Positions 30,342-40,516 of a stretch of 64,000 nucleotides of DNA are shown here, piece after piece. Position numbers and translations under genes: made by a program. Under the pieces are notes generated by a model. That model saw nothing but the letters and a program-made list of their open reading frames with translations, ran no database searches and was not told the origin of the DNA. The DNA comes from Actinomycetota bacterium (GTDB lineage Bacteria > Actinomycetota > Actinomycetes > Nanopelagicales > Nanopelagicaceae). Location: positions 17,979 to 81,978 of the forward strand of contig WLKQ01000002.1 in NCBI GenBank assembly GCA_009701185.1, given 5' to 3'. Positions within the stretch are counted from its first letter, which is position 1, and every line of letters begins with the position of its first letter.

Positions 30342-31751
30342 TTACCACCGATTCCACATCTGTCGGTGATCTTGTGCCCATGCATATGCAGCTACCGTCC
30401 AGCCTTGAATCATTTGTGGAGGCTGAACAATTCGGTTGAAGCCACGTCCGAAGCCATCGGCCGCGCCTTCAATATCAATGACTTCAGAGCTGACCCAGCC
30501 ATGTAATGGGGCATCGCTTCGAAGTAGTTCTGGAAAACCGCCGATTGAATCAATAGCTGCAACGGTTCTTCCAATAAGTGCTGTTGCTTGTGGCAAAAAG
30601 CCATGGCGCAAGAGGCCTCTGCCAGCAAAAATTCCATCCATAGGCCAGGCAGATCCGGTGTGATAGCCACCTGGTCGATATGAGGGATGCGCGCTCGATA
30701 GCGTTCGCAAACCTGCAGGACCAAGTAACTGTGGGTCGGTGAGCGCATGGGCAATTACCATTCGATACATACCCCAATGAGGGCCATCGAAAATCGCTGA
30801 ATCCAAAAGGCGTCCTTGATTACTGGCTTGGGAATCTAAGGCACGCTGCTTTCCCTGCTTATCTCTCTCTGTGGCCATTGCGAATCTATCTCCGAGCCAC
30901 ATATGTTCAATCAACTTTAAACGAACGTGATGTGCTTTCTCAATGAGTTTTTCACCATTGAGAGGCCAATCTAAATATGGACGCAATAGATAAAGTTGCG
31001 CAGCACCCGTTAACGCATCGAAGACTTCTGCCGCTGTTTCAATCGATGCTAGAGATCCCTCACCTGCAATCGTGCCATCTGCATGGACATAAGAGTCACC
31101 TGAGTCTTTCCAAAACTGATTCTTTATTCCTTGTGGATTAGATCGCTTTGATTCTATTAACTCTGAAGGGGTTTCTAATCGAGAGAGAATCCACTTTGTT
31201 GCTAACACCGCGCGCTCTCCAAGAGTTTTATTTCCAAGTTGAATATCTAGCAAACCCGGCTCCTCAAGCGCCTCTTTTGATAAGGCTTTTAACCACAGTG
31301 GCGTGCTATCAACTGAACCGAAGTAGGGAAATGACCAACCCTCCCTCTCCATAATTTCACGCGCACGTTCATCTCCAGCATCACGAATTTCATGCGCAAT
31401 ACGACCAGGTTCTTCCTCAGATTGAGTAACAAAACTCTCTCCTTGTGCCTCAGCTAATGCGCAGATGACTCCACGCCGAAGGCCAGGCACACGTGCGCCA
31501 AGAAAATCTGCAATTATTAAAGAGTCTCGGCCGAAGAGACATCTAAATAGATTTTGTTCACCAACGCCACGATGATGATCAAATGGAATTGATGCATATG
31601 GAATAAGCCATGGACCCCGATATGCCAGCGTCCACGGAATTACAGTCTCTAACGGAGGTCTAAAACGTGGATCGAAAACCGGATCACTGGGGGAGAGGAT
31701 TAAGCGTCGCGAAATTACACGTTCACCATCCTTGATGTCTGTATCTGCCAC
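30342..31751 (-). CDS. Amylo-alpha-1,6-glucosidase-like six-hairpin glycosidase
   Basis: LFGRDSLI, EEEPGRIAHE, YFGSVDST, WKDSGDS, YHTGSAWP, FPEL. Confidence 0.8.
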   Translation of the reverse strand: MADTDIKDGERVISRRLILSPSDPVFDPRFRPPLETVIPWTLAYRGPWLIPYASIPFDHHRGVGEQNLFRCLFGRDSLIIADFLGARVPGLRRGVICALAEAQGESFVTQSEEEPGRIAHEIRDAGDERAREIMEREGWSFPYFGSVDSTPLWLKALSKEALEEPGLLDIQLGNKTLGERAVLATKWILSRLETPSELIESKRSNPQGIKNQFWKDSGDSYVHADGTIAGEGSLASIETAAEVFDALTGAAQLYLLRPYLDWPLNGEKLIEKAHHVRLKLIEHMWLGDRFAMATERDKQGKQRALDSQASNQGRLLDSAIFDGPHWGMYRMVIAHALTDPQLLGPAGLRTLSSAHPSYRPGGYHTGSAWPMDGIFAGRGLLRHGFLPQATALIGRTVAAIDSIGGFPELLRSDAPLHGWVSSEVIDIEGAADGFGRGFNRIVQPPQMIQGWTVAAYAWAQDHRQMWNRW

Positions 31752-31805
31752 GACACTCTCCTCACACCTGAGCCACTGGGAAGGCGGTTTTTATGAGTGT
31801 ATTGA

Positions 31806-31855
31806 TGTAAATTTTTCATTACAAGAACAGAACGATATGTAATTATTTTGTTACA
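31806..31855. promoter_or_regulatory. Two tandem TGTAA-N8-TTACA palindromes (31806-31823, 31838-31855), probable operators
   Basis: Identical arms, 32-bp spacing, directly upstream of the sugar operon. Confidence 0.6.
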
Positions 31856-31857
31856 TT

Positions 31858-32832
31858 CTATGTCGTTGAGCGTATGATTAACTCCGGCTCAAGTTCATGG
31901 CGCGTTATTTGGCCAAACTCTTCAGTTGAGCGCAGAATCTCAACAGAGCGTCGACCGCTTGCATCTAGATGTGTGCGAACGCTTGTGATGCCTAATATCT
32001 CAGCTGTGTCGGTGTCGCCGTATCCAATGAGGGAGCAATCTCCAGGAATCGAGATGGTCAATTCGCGGGCGAGAAAGATTACAGTCATGGCCAACAAGTC
32101 ACTATCGGCAAAGATGGCATCAGGTGGCTTCTTGGCTGTAAGAATCTTTCTAATCTCACTCACCGCCTCCACAGAGGTGGGATCAACAAGTAACTCTGTA
32201 CTGGCCAACCTCTTCTTCGGATCTAAATGCTCTCTAAAAGATTGCAAGCGAATTCCAGGATGAAGATCTAGAGCTGTTGGTCGTGCGCCTAGCAAGAGAA
32301 TTTTTGAGGATTTACTCTTATTGAAGAAGTCGGCCGCCAACTCACTTCCTTTTTTATCGGAAGTGAAGACGCGAGAAAAACGTGCATCATCGTTATCGAT
32401 TAAGACTGATGGTATCTGAAAGCGCTTAAGGTATATAGCAACCTCGGGAGCTACTAGAACGCCTGAGAAAATTACTCCTTCGATTCGCTTAGTCACAACT
32501 AATTTCTTCACATAATCGATTGAGGCTAAGGAATCATCGACATCATAGAGAAGTAGTTCATGTGGCCAAGGACGAAGTGCATTTGAAATTCCGCGCAGTC
32601 TCTCTAACTCCCCATGACGATGAAATAATCGTGTAAAAACAGCTATACGTGCCATAGATAGGTTACGTTCTAAAATGCGAGGAGCTTTGTAGTGAAGAGC
32701 TACGGCAGCCTGACGAATTATTGCAATCGTTTCTGGTCTCACAAGAGTTGGATCTGAAAATGCTCGGGAGGCAGTTGCGATACTTACCCCAGCGTAAGCA
32801 GCCACTTGCGCAAGCGTGGCGCGTTTAGTCAT
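31858..32832 (-). CDS. LacI-family transcriptional regulator
   Basis: TLAQVAAYAGVSIATASRA HTH; PDAIFADSD, IGYGD, LIIRST. Confidence 0.9.
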   Translation of the reverse strand: MTKRATLAQVAAYAGVSIATASRAFSDPTLVRPETIAIIRQAAVALHYKAPRILERNLSMARIAVFTRLFHRHGELERLRGISNALRPWPHELLLYDVDDSLASIDYVKKLVVTKRIEGVIFSGVLVAPEVAIYLKRFQIPSVLIDNDDARFSRVFTSDKKGSELAADFFNKSKSSKILLLGARPTALDLHPGIRLQSFREHLDPKKRLASTELLVDPTSVEAVSEIRKILTAKKPPDAIFADSDLLAMTVIFLARELTISIPGDCSLIGYGDTDTAEILGITSVRTHLDASGRRSVEILRSTEEFGQITRHELEPELIIRSTT

Positions 32833-32959
32833 AGGTTCTCACGATTCGATCATAATTAAAGAGCGACTAGAAAGGAACAGGCTCAGGCTATGAATGCATC
32901 CCCGCCTCAGGTATCCTGCACCTATCTGCTTTGAAAACAAATGACTTGGAGCTCCACCC

Positions 32960-35900
32960 GTGAAGAAAATATCTCGTATCCTTGTGCTTGCCCTGTTGGC
33001 ATCTCTGCTCACCACCGTTGCAACACTGGCCCCTGCGCAGGCCGCGCCCGGCACGCTGACTGAGAATTTTACAACTTCTTCGCTTTTTAACGCCAATAAC
33101 TGGGTATCTACAAGTAGCGGAGATTTTGGTGCGCACCCATGCCTGAGCGCGCTGAACGATTCAAATCCAGCGATCACGCTATCGCTAGGTACAACGTTGC
33201 CAGGGTGTAGCAGCCGCCCAGATACAAGCGGGGCTGGTTCACTCTTCTTAACATCAAATGACAATCAGCAAGCCGGCACGATGCTTTATAACCAAGCTCT
33301 ACCAACATCTGGCGGATTAGATATCTCTTTCTATCAAGCACAGTACGGCGGAACTGGCGCTGATGGAATCTCATTCTTTGTTAAGGATGGATCAAAGACA
33401 GATCTAACCGTTGGCCAGCCAGGTGGAAACCTTGGATATAAGGGAATTCCTGGCGCACTCTTTGCTGTTGGTTTTGACTCATATGGAAACTGGATGAATC
33501 AAGGCTATGGGGATGGCGAGTGCACAAATAATATTTTAGGTGGAGTTCCTAAGGCACTCGCAGTTCGCGGCCCCGATACAAGCGACGGTAAAGATGGTAC
33601 ATCTGGTTTTTGTATTCTTCCAGGTGGATTTGTTGCGCCGAACGGTGCAATTGGCGCTGAATACTTCGGTACAGGATCAGATACCCGCGAATCGGCTGCA
33701 CGACCTGTGAGAATTCTTGTAGATCCTTCAACAAACAGTAATCCTAAGATTCGCGTATACATGTGGAAATCAGGATCATTAACCCAAGACGTAAACACTG
33801 CGCCAATTGCACTGACGGTAGATCAACCGGCAGATTATGTTCAGGCTGGTACTTTCAAATTTGGTTTCTCTTCATCTACGGGTGGAGCTAAAGATATACA
33901 TGCAATCTGGGGTCTTGGAATTGCACCTCTTATCGCCGAATCAGCACCTACTATTTATGTAGTACCTGATGATGTAACGGTAAGAGCTGGTGAAGCTGCG
34001 ATTTACACATATAAGTTCTATTCCGATGCGGCAAAAACTATAGAAATAGCGGCTAATACCCTCTCTTATCCACAAAATATATGTGGCAGTGCCTACACTC
34101 TGAGCACCAATTATCCAGCCACGCTGCCGATCACTTGTACTGGTGCAGTTGCGATGTACAACACCATCACAGCTGACAGAGCGATATTAACTGTTGTTCG
34201 CGGAACACCATCAATTGAACCTGCAATGAACACAATCACAGGTTCTAGTGGCACACCTATTACTACAACGGCTGCTTATACTGCACGCAACTTCTTGAAC
34301 ATTCAAGATCTTAGATACACGATTTCACCTACGCTACCTGCAGGACTTTCATTCGATGCGACCACGGGAGTTATCTCCGGAACTCCAATATCGCTCAGTG
34401 CAGGCACATATACGGTCACAGCAATATCTTCTACTGAATCTGCAACAGCGAGCGTGATTATCAATATTGCAGCACCACTAACTTATGTCTACACAATCAT
34501 GTATGACAAAGGAGCTGGTACTGCAGGTTTCTTGAACGCACAAAGAGGCACTGGTTCATCTGTAACGCTTTCAGCATTTAGTACCTCGACAATGGTGAAA
34601 CCGGGATACACATTTCGTGATTGGTTGGGATCAGACTCCCTTACCTATGTAGATGCACAATCAATTACTATAAATGGCGCTCTAAATCTGACATTGACAG
34701 CCCGGTGGAGTACTAATCCATCTCGCACAGTTACTTATAACGCCGGCGCCGGAACTGGCATAGTCCCAACTCAAGTTGATGTTCTACAAGGAGAGACATT
34801 CGTAGTTGCAGTAGGAACTGGATTAATTCAGCCGGGCTACACATTTGCCGGCTGGAAAGATCTAGCTGAAACTGCTTATGCTGCTGGTGCTTCTTACACA
34901 GCGGGTGTAAACAACGTCATCCTTACAGCCCAGTGGAGTGTTACCAGCCAGAACGTCACGTATGTAGCAAACGGTGGAACTGGCGTGGTTCCAACGCAAG
35001 CCAATGTGGCAACTGGCGCAACATTTACTGTCGCCGCTAACTCGGGTTTAACTAAGGCGGGCTACTCATTTATAGGTTGGAAAAATGCTGCAGATACAGC
35101 ATATGCAGCTGGCGCAACTATCATCATGGGCGCAACAAATATCACTCTGACTGCTCAGTGGCTCATTAATTCCTATGTTTATGCAGTCGCATTTGAAGCA
35201 AATGGTGGAACAGGAACGATGTCAGGACTAACCGGTTCTGGTTCTTCAGTCGCACTGTCGCCAAATACATTTACGCGCACAGGATATTCATTTTTAGGCT
35301 GGATGGATGATACATCCATGACCTACGTAGATGGTCAGACTTTGATGTTAGTTTCTACAACAGCTCTGGCATTACATGCTCAGTGGTTACAAGATAAACC
35401 AGTAGAACCAGTGTTAACAGACAAGATCACTTCAATAGCTCCAGCAAAAGGCTTTGCGAATGATCAGATCGTTATAACCGGAGAATTTAACCACGTCATA
35501 ACCTCAATATCTATTGACGGTAAGTTGTTGCCAGCAAACTCATGGACACAAACTAAAACTACGGTCACCTTTATTGCTCCTACCCACGATGTTGGCAAAG
35601 TTGATATTAAGCTCATTAATGGCTTTACGCCTGAACTTGCTACACAGCAATTTGAGTACCTCAAACTGGATGACATCAAAATTGGCATCGATGATATTAA
35701 GTGCCTTGGCACATTTGATAAAGCATGTTCACTAAAGCCTGGTGCAGTGCAACCTGTTTCTTTCCAACTTGCCTCAAATGCATTATCTGCCAAGAGCATT
35801 AAGACGCTTAAATCATGGAAGCTTCAAAATGCAAAGCAGGTGGTTGTTTATGGCTATGCATCACCAGAAGGATCTAAAGCACTTAACGATAAGTTAACCA

Positions 35901-36052
35901 AAAAGCGTGCCGCAGAAGTTGGTGCATGGTTAAAGAAGACATGGCCAAACTTATCCATTAAGACAATGGGCCTAGGCACAACCTATAACCGCCTCTGCAA
36001 GCCATTTAAAAACCGATGCGCAATGATCAAGGTTGTTACTATTAAAAAGTAA
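32960..36052 (+). CDS. Large secreted surface protein: L-type lectin-like domain, Ig-like domains, four InlB-B/Listeria-Bacteroides repeats, IPT-like and OmpA-like C-terminal domain
   Basis: Signal peptide AQA; GADGISF and FGFSSSTGG lectin motifs; LPAGLSFD..TGVISGTP; repeated GY.F.GW...LTAQW; GYAS..GS..LN.KL..KRA. Confidence 0.8.
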   Translation: MKKISRILVLALLASLLTTVATLAPAQAAPGTLTENFTTSSLFNANNWVSTSSGDFGAHPCLSALNDSNPAITLSLGTTLPGCSSRPDTSGAGSLFLTSNDNQQAGTMLYNQALPTSGGLDISFYQAQYGGTGADGISFFVKDGSKTDLTVGQPGGNLGYKGIPGALFAVGFDSYGNWMNQGYGDGECTNNILGGVPKALAVRGPDTSDGKDGTSGFCILPGGFVAPNGAIGAEYFGTGSDTRESAARPVRILVDPSTNSNPKIRVYMWKSGSLTQDVNTAPIALTVDQPADYVQAGTFKFGFSSSTGGAKDIHAIWGLGIAPLIAESAPTIYVVPDDVTVRAGEAAIYTYKFYSDAAKTIEIAANTLSYPQNICGSAYTLSTNYPATLPITCTGAVAMYNTITADRAILTVVRGTPSIEPAMNTITGSSGTPITTTAAYTARNFLNIQDLRYTISPTLPAGLSFDATTGVISGTPISLSAGTYTVTAISSTESATASVIINIAAPLTYVYTIMYDKGAGTAGFLNAQRGTGSSVTLSAFSTSTMVKPGYTFRDWLGSDSLTYVDAQSITINGALNLTLTARWSTNPSRTVTYNAGAGTGIVPTQVDVLQGETFVVAVGTGLIQPGYTFAGWKDLAETAYAAGASYTAGVNNVILTAQWSVTSQNVTYVANGGTGVVPTQANVATGATFTVAANSGLTKAGYSFIGWKNAADTAYAAGATIIMGATNITLTAQWLINSYVYAVAFEANGGTGTMSGLTGSGSSVALSPNTFTRTGYSFLGWMDDTSMTYVDGQTLMLVSTTALALHAQWLQDKPVEPVLTDKITSIAPAKGFANDQIVITGEFNHVITSISIDGKLLPANSWTQTKTTVTFIAPTHDVGKVDIKLINGFTPELATQQFEYLKLDDIKIGIDDIKCLGTFDKACSLKPGAVQPVSFQLASNALSAKSIKTLKSWKLQNAKQVVVYGYASPEGSKALNDKLTKKRAAEVGAWLKKTWPNLSIKTMGLGTTYNRLCKPFKNRCAMIKVVTIKK

Positions 36053-36069
36053 GAAACCTAAAGTTAAAT

Positions 36070-36110
36070 TACAAAAGCCCCACAGAGATTATTCTGCGGG
36101 GCTTTTGTTC
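36070..36110 (+). terminator. Rho-independent terminator
   Basis: ACAAAAGCCCC..CAGA/TCTG..GGGGCTTTTGT hairpin. Confidence 0.78.
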
Positions 36111-36216
36111 TGTAACTCTTGGAAAGATCACTCTTTGACTAAGTGTTTGAAATCTAGCACTCATAACTTTATCCACAGCGAAAATCCCCTGAACCCCGCC
36201 AGCGGTGCACACCATA

Positions 36217-36256
36217 AGTAGCCCTTCGGTTAGTCGCGTGGGGCTACTTTTATTTT
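36217..36256 (+). terminator. Second terminator-like hairpin with no preceding CDS
   Basis: AAGTAGCCC...GGGCTACTT followed by TTATTTT. Confidence 0.6.
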
Positions 36257-36370
36257 CACCTGTGCCAAAGAGACATTTCTACTCCAGGCAGCATTCACAA
36301 TCGCTGGAAACATCGGAGTTTTGCGCGTTACCCTAGAAAATCCTGGGGAGAAATAGGTACAGTTTCGGCC

Positions 36371-37348
36371 ATGTCAGGCTCGACAATCGTCTCAATCCGT
36401 TCACTCAAGCGCAGCTTTGGGGACGTGCGCGCTGTAGATGGCATCGATTTAGATATTACGGAAGGGGAGTTCTTAACTCTTCTTGGACCCTCAGGCTCAG
36501 GCAAAACAACCGTGCTTCGCATGATCGCAGGATTCGAAAAGCCTGACTCGGGAACAATTACCTTGGCGGGTAAAGATGTTTCCCAACTTCCTCCTTATGA
36601 GCGAGATGTAAACACTGTATTTCAAGATTATGCGCTCTTTCCGCATATGGATGTATTAGCAAATATTGAATATGGATTAAGGGTCAAAGGCTTTGCAAAA
36701 CAAGAATGTCGATCACGAGCCCTAACTGCTCTGAAGCAAATTCGCCTCGAAGGGTACGAGAATAGAAAACCTGCACAGCTATCTGGTGGACAGCGTCAAC
36801 GCGTTGCACTTGCTCGAGCTCTCGTAAACCAACCCGCAGTTCTTTTGCTAGATGAACCATTAGGAGCTCTGGATTTAAAGTTGCGTGAGCAGATGCAAAT
36901 TGAGCTCAAGGCACTTCAGCGCGAAGTTGGAATTACTTTTGTATTTGTTACTCACGACCAAGAAGAAGCACTTTCCATGAGTGATCGAATCGCTGTTTTT
37001 AATCACGGCAAGATTGAGCAGATTGGAACTCCTCGGGAGATTTATGAGAATCCAAAAAGTGAATTTGTCTCCGAATTTGTAGGGCAGACTAATCGAATTG
37101 AATATGACGGTAAAAAAATTAACATAAGGCCTGAATTTGTCACAATCTCTCGTGCTAGTTCTACAGGTGGGCGTAGCGTTCAAGGAACACTGCGCGATGC
37201 GATTTTTGTTGGTGCATCTACTAGATATTTATTCGATACTTCCATCGGATTTCCTATGATTTCTACGCAATCAAATAACCAGTTAAAGGTGGGCGATGTC
37301 GTGACTCTGTCATGGCAAGAAGAGAAAGAATTCCTAGTTCAACAATGA
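36371..37348 (+). CDS. potA: Polyamine-type ABC transporter ATP-binding protein
   Basis: GPSGSGKT, VFQDYALFPH, LSGGQRQR, LDEPLGALD; leaderless TACAGT-7nt-ATG. Confidence 0.88.
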   Translation: MSGSTIVSIRSLKRSFGDVRAVDGIDLDITEGEFLTLLGPSGSGKTTVLRMIAGFEKPDSGTITLAGKDVSQLPPYERDVNTVFQDYALFPHMDVLANIEYGLRVKGFAKQECRSRALTALKQIRLEGYENRKPAQLSGGQRQRVALARALVNQPAVLLLDEPLGALDLKLREQMQIELKALQREVGITFVFVTHDQEEALSMSDRIAVFNHGKIEQIGTPREIYENPKSEFVSEFVGQTNRIEYDGKKINIRPEFVTISRASSTGGRSVQGTLRDAIFVGASTRYLFDTSIGFPMISTQSNNQLKVGDVVTLSWQEEKEFLVQQ

Positions 37349-37402
37349 ATTGGGGAGGCCATATTCAACCGCTGAATATGGATGATCAAGATGGAGGTAC
37401 AG

Positions 37403-38596
37403 ATGCATAGTAAGCGTCTGTTTTCACGTATAGCAGTTGCATCAGTAGCAGCGCTCATTCTGGCCGGATGTTCATCTAGCAATGATGAAGCATCAAGCAG
37501 TGGCGTACCTGATGTCCCAATGATGAATTCACTTGGCGCTGGGGAAGGCCAAGTAAATGTCGTGGCTTGGGCCGGATATGTAGAGAATGGTTCTACAGAT
37601 CCCAACGTTGACTGGGTAACTGGTTTTGAAAAAGAGACTGGCTGCAAAGTAAATGTTAAAAATGGAGCAACCTCAGATGACATGGTCGCCTTAATGAAGA
37701 CTGGCGAATATGACGTTGTCTCTGCATCTGGTGATGCATCACTCCGCTTGATTTATGGAGGAGACGTTGCCCCAGTCAATACTGAATTGATTCCAAACTA
37801 TGCAGATATTTTTGATAACTTAAAGCTCCAGCAATGGAACTCAGTTGATGGTGTTGCCTACGGTGTCCCACACGGCCGTGGAGCTAACTTACTGGCCTAT
37901 CGCACAGATATCGTCAAGCCTGCCCCAACATCATGGGGCGCAGTATTTGATGTCAATTCACCATATAAAGGAAAGATCACTGCATACGATTCACCAATCT
38001 ACATTGCAGATGCTGCGCTTTATTTGATGAAGACGCAACCAGATCTAGGAATTACATATCCATATGCTCTAGATCAAAAGCAATTCGATGCAGCTGTCGA
38101 ATTACTGAAAGCACAGAAGCCACTTATTGGCGAGTATTGGGGAGATTACCTCAAGCATGTTGCATCACTTAAATCAGGTGGAACTGTTCTTGGAACTACC
38201 TGGCAAGTTAATATCAACTTGGCAAAGGGTGAAGGCACCAAAGTTGAAGGCATCAAGCCAACTGAGGGTTCTACTGGATGGTCAGATACATGGATGATTT
38301 CATCAAAGGCCAAGAACCCAAACTGTGCTTATTTGTGGATGAATCACATTGCATCACCAGAGGCTAATGCCGGTGTTGCTGAGTGGTTTGGTGAAGCTCC
38401 ATCAAATGCTAAATCCTGCGATCTCACCGCTGATAAGAATCACTGCGCAACTTTCCATGCAGCAGATGATGCTTATTGGGATGATGTGTACTACTGGAAT
38501 ACACCAACTGAGGCGTGCCTTGATGGCCGCACAGATGCTACGTGCGTTCCATATGCTGAATGGGTCAAAGCTTGGTCCAGTCTGCGTAACTCATAA
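37403..38596 (+). CDS. Polyamine-type ABC substrate-binding lipoprotein (PotD/YdcS-like)
   Basis: Lipobox LAGC; AWAGY, SASGDAS, GWSDTWM; GGAGG RBS. Confidence 0.85.
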   Translation: MHSKRLFSRIAVASVAALILAGCSSSNDEASSSGVPDVPMMNSLGAGEGQVNVVAWAGYVENGSTDPNVDWVTGFEKETGCKVNVKNGATSDDMVALMKTGEYDVVSASGDASLRLIYGGDVAPVNTELIPNYADIFDNLKLQQWNSVDGVAYGVPHGRGANLLAYRTDIVKPAPTSWGAVFDVNSPYKGKITAYDSPIYIADAALYLMKTQPDLGITYPYALDQKQFDAAVELLKAQKPLIGEYWGDYLKHVASLKSGGTVLGTTWQVNINLAKGEGTKVEGIKPTEGSTGWSDTWMISSKAKNPNCAYLWMNHIASPEANAGVAEWFGEAPSNAKSCDLTADKNHCATFHAADDAYWDDVYYWNTPTEACLDGRTDATCVPYAEWVKAWSSLRNS

Positions 38597-38600
38597 GTAA

Positions 38601-38642
38601 ATAAGCCGGGCGCAGTCACAACTGCGCCCGGTTTATCTTTTT
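38601..38642 (+). terminator. Intra-operon hairpin/terminator after the binding-protein gene
   Basis: ATAAGCCGGGCGCAGT-caca-ACTGCGCCCGGTTTAT followed by a T-run. Confidence 0.75.
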
Positions 38643-38655
38643 GAAAGGGGGAGCT

Positions 38656-39516
38656 ATGTTGCAAGAAATCTCAAACACAATGCATAAGAAGCCAAAACTT
38701 CGACTTGTAGCTCTTCTTACTGCGCCAATTTTGTGGCTCGTAGTTGCTTACTTAGGCGCGCTTGCAACCTTACTTGTTGCAGCATTTTTTACGATTGATT
38801 CATTTACTGGCAATGTTATTCAAACATTTAATTTAGGAAATTTCCACGACATGTTTACCGATGCTGCATACAAAAATGTCGTATTACGCACTGTGGGGAT
38901 AGCCCTTCTCGTAACAGTGGTGTGCACGGTTCTGGCAATACCTATGGCCTTTTACATGGCAAAGATTGCAAAGCCACGCTCTCAAAAGATTTTGGTTGCA
39001 CTCATACTTACCCCACTCTGGGCCTCATATTTAGTCAAGATTTATGCATGGCGAACAATGCTAGAGCCAGGCAATGGTGTTCTTGACTGGTTACTTGGTC
39101 CGCTTGGATTTTCATCACCTGGCTTTGGTGGCCCGGCAATTATTATTGGTCTTTCCTACCTATGGCTGCCCTACATGATTCTGCCTATTTACGCCGGGCT
39201 TGAACGACTACCAAATAATCTTCTTGATGCATCCGGTGATTTAGGGGCTCACAATTGGCACACATTTCGTCGGATCGTATTACCTCTAATTTTCCCAAGT
39301 CTTGTTGCAGGTTCAATGTTTACATTCTCACTCAGCCTAGGTGATTACATCACCGCCACAATTATTGGTGGAAAATTACAGATGCTTGGTAACGTGGTTT
39401 ATCAGAATTTCAGCATTAATCTGCCCTTTGCTGCCACCATTGCAACGATTCCAGTAACAATTATGGCAATCTATTTATGGATGGTGCGCCGTACCGGAGC
39501 ACTTGCGAGCCTGTAA
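38656..39516 (+). CDS. Polyamine-type ABC permease (PotB-like)
   Basis: PLWASYLVK, LPYMILP, DASGDLGA. Confidence 0.87.
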   Translation: MLQEISNTMHKKPKLRLVALLTAPILWLVVAYLGALATLLVAAFFTIDSFTGNVIQTFNLGNFHDMFTDAAYKNVVLRTVGIALLVTVVCTVLAIPMAFYMAKIAKPRSQKILVALILTPLWASYLVKIYAWRTMLEPGNGVLDWLLGPLGFSSPGFGGPAIIIGLSYLWLPYMILPIYAGLERLPNNLLDASGDLGAHNWHTFRRIVLPLIFPSLVAGSMFTFSLSLGDYITATIIGGKLQMLGNVVYQNFSINLPFAATIATIPVTIMAIYLWMVRRTGALASL

Positions 39517-40322
39517 TGACAATCTCACGAAATGCACGGCTCATACTTGCCGCCTTATTGGGAGTAGGTCTTGCATTTATCTATGTGCCATTAACCGTTG
39601 TTGTTATCAACTCATTTAACTCCAGCCGCACATTTAGTTGGCCACCTTCAGAGCTGACAACTAAATGGTGGGCTAAGGCCATTGAAAACACTGGAGTACG
39701 CGAAGCTCTGAAGTGGTCGATCTTGGCTGGACTATCTGCTACCGCCATTGCACTGCTACTGGGAACGGCGCTTGCTTTTGCCGTGAGTAGATATGATTTT
39801 TTTGGCAGGGAAGTAATTTCACTACTAGTAGTTCTTCCTATCTCTCTACCAGGAGTTGTAACAGGTATTGCATTAAATAACGCATTTACAAAGCAGCTTG
39901 GAATGTCGACCGGATTACTTACAGTCGTTATTGGTCATGCCACATTTTGTATCGTTGTTGTTTACAACAATGCTGTAGCTCGACTCAGACGCATGGGAAC
40001 TTCATTACAAGAAGCCTCAATGGATTTAGGCGCTAATGGCATTACAACCTTTAGGTTAATCACTCTGCCAAACATGGCTTCGGCTCTATTTGCAGGTGGC
40101 TTGCTTGCATTTGGACTCTCTTTCGATGAAATTGTCGTTACAACATTTACCGCCGGTCCAGGAATCCAGACGCTACCCATTTGGATTTATAACAACTTAT
40201 TCCGACCAAACCAAGCGCCTATTGTTAATGTGGTTGCAGCGACCTTGGTCTTTTTATCTATAGTTCCGATTTATCTGTCGCAGCGCCTCAGTAGTGATAG
40301 TTCAACTGGTGGTCGATTCTAA
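39516..40322 (+). CDS. Polyamine-type ABC permease (PotC-like)
   Basis: EASMDLGA, LSFDE, TLPIWI. Confidence 0.87.
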   Translation: MTISRNARLILAALLGVGLAFIYVPLTVVVINSFNSSRTFSWPPSELTTKWWAKAIENTGVREALKWSILAGLSATAIALLLGTALAFAVSRYDFFGREVISLLVVLPISLPGVVTGIALNNAFTKQLGMSTGLLTVVIGHATFCIVVVYNNAVARLRRMGTSLQEASMDLGANGITTFRLITLPNMASALFAGGLLAFGLSFDEIVVTTFTAGPGIQTLPIWIYNNLFRPNQAPIVNVVAATLVFLSIVPIYLSQRLSSDSSTGGRF

Positions 40323-40451
40323 GCAGCACTTTGGATTTTTTCTGGGCGCGTTGAGAGGGTGGGAGCTTCGTGGGTGGAGCTCCACTGAGAAAACTGAAAA
40401 TTCATGCATGCATCGTTATCAACTTGTTATAGGAATCCTGGATTATGGGTA

Positions 40452-40494
40452 TTGCCAAGGGGTTTAAGGCTCCCTATTATTTGAACGTTCAAAT
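40452..40494 (+). promoter_or_regulatory. Sigma70-type promoter (TTGCCA-17-TATTAT) overlapped by LacI-type operator ATTTGAACGTTCAAAT
   Basis: Perfect 16-bp palindrome with central CG at 40479-40494, adjoining the -10 box. Confidence 0.75.
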
Positions 40495-40516
40495 TACTTG
40501 AGAATAAGGGGAAAGT

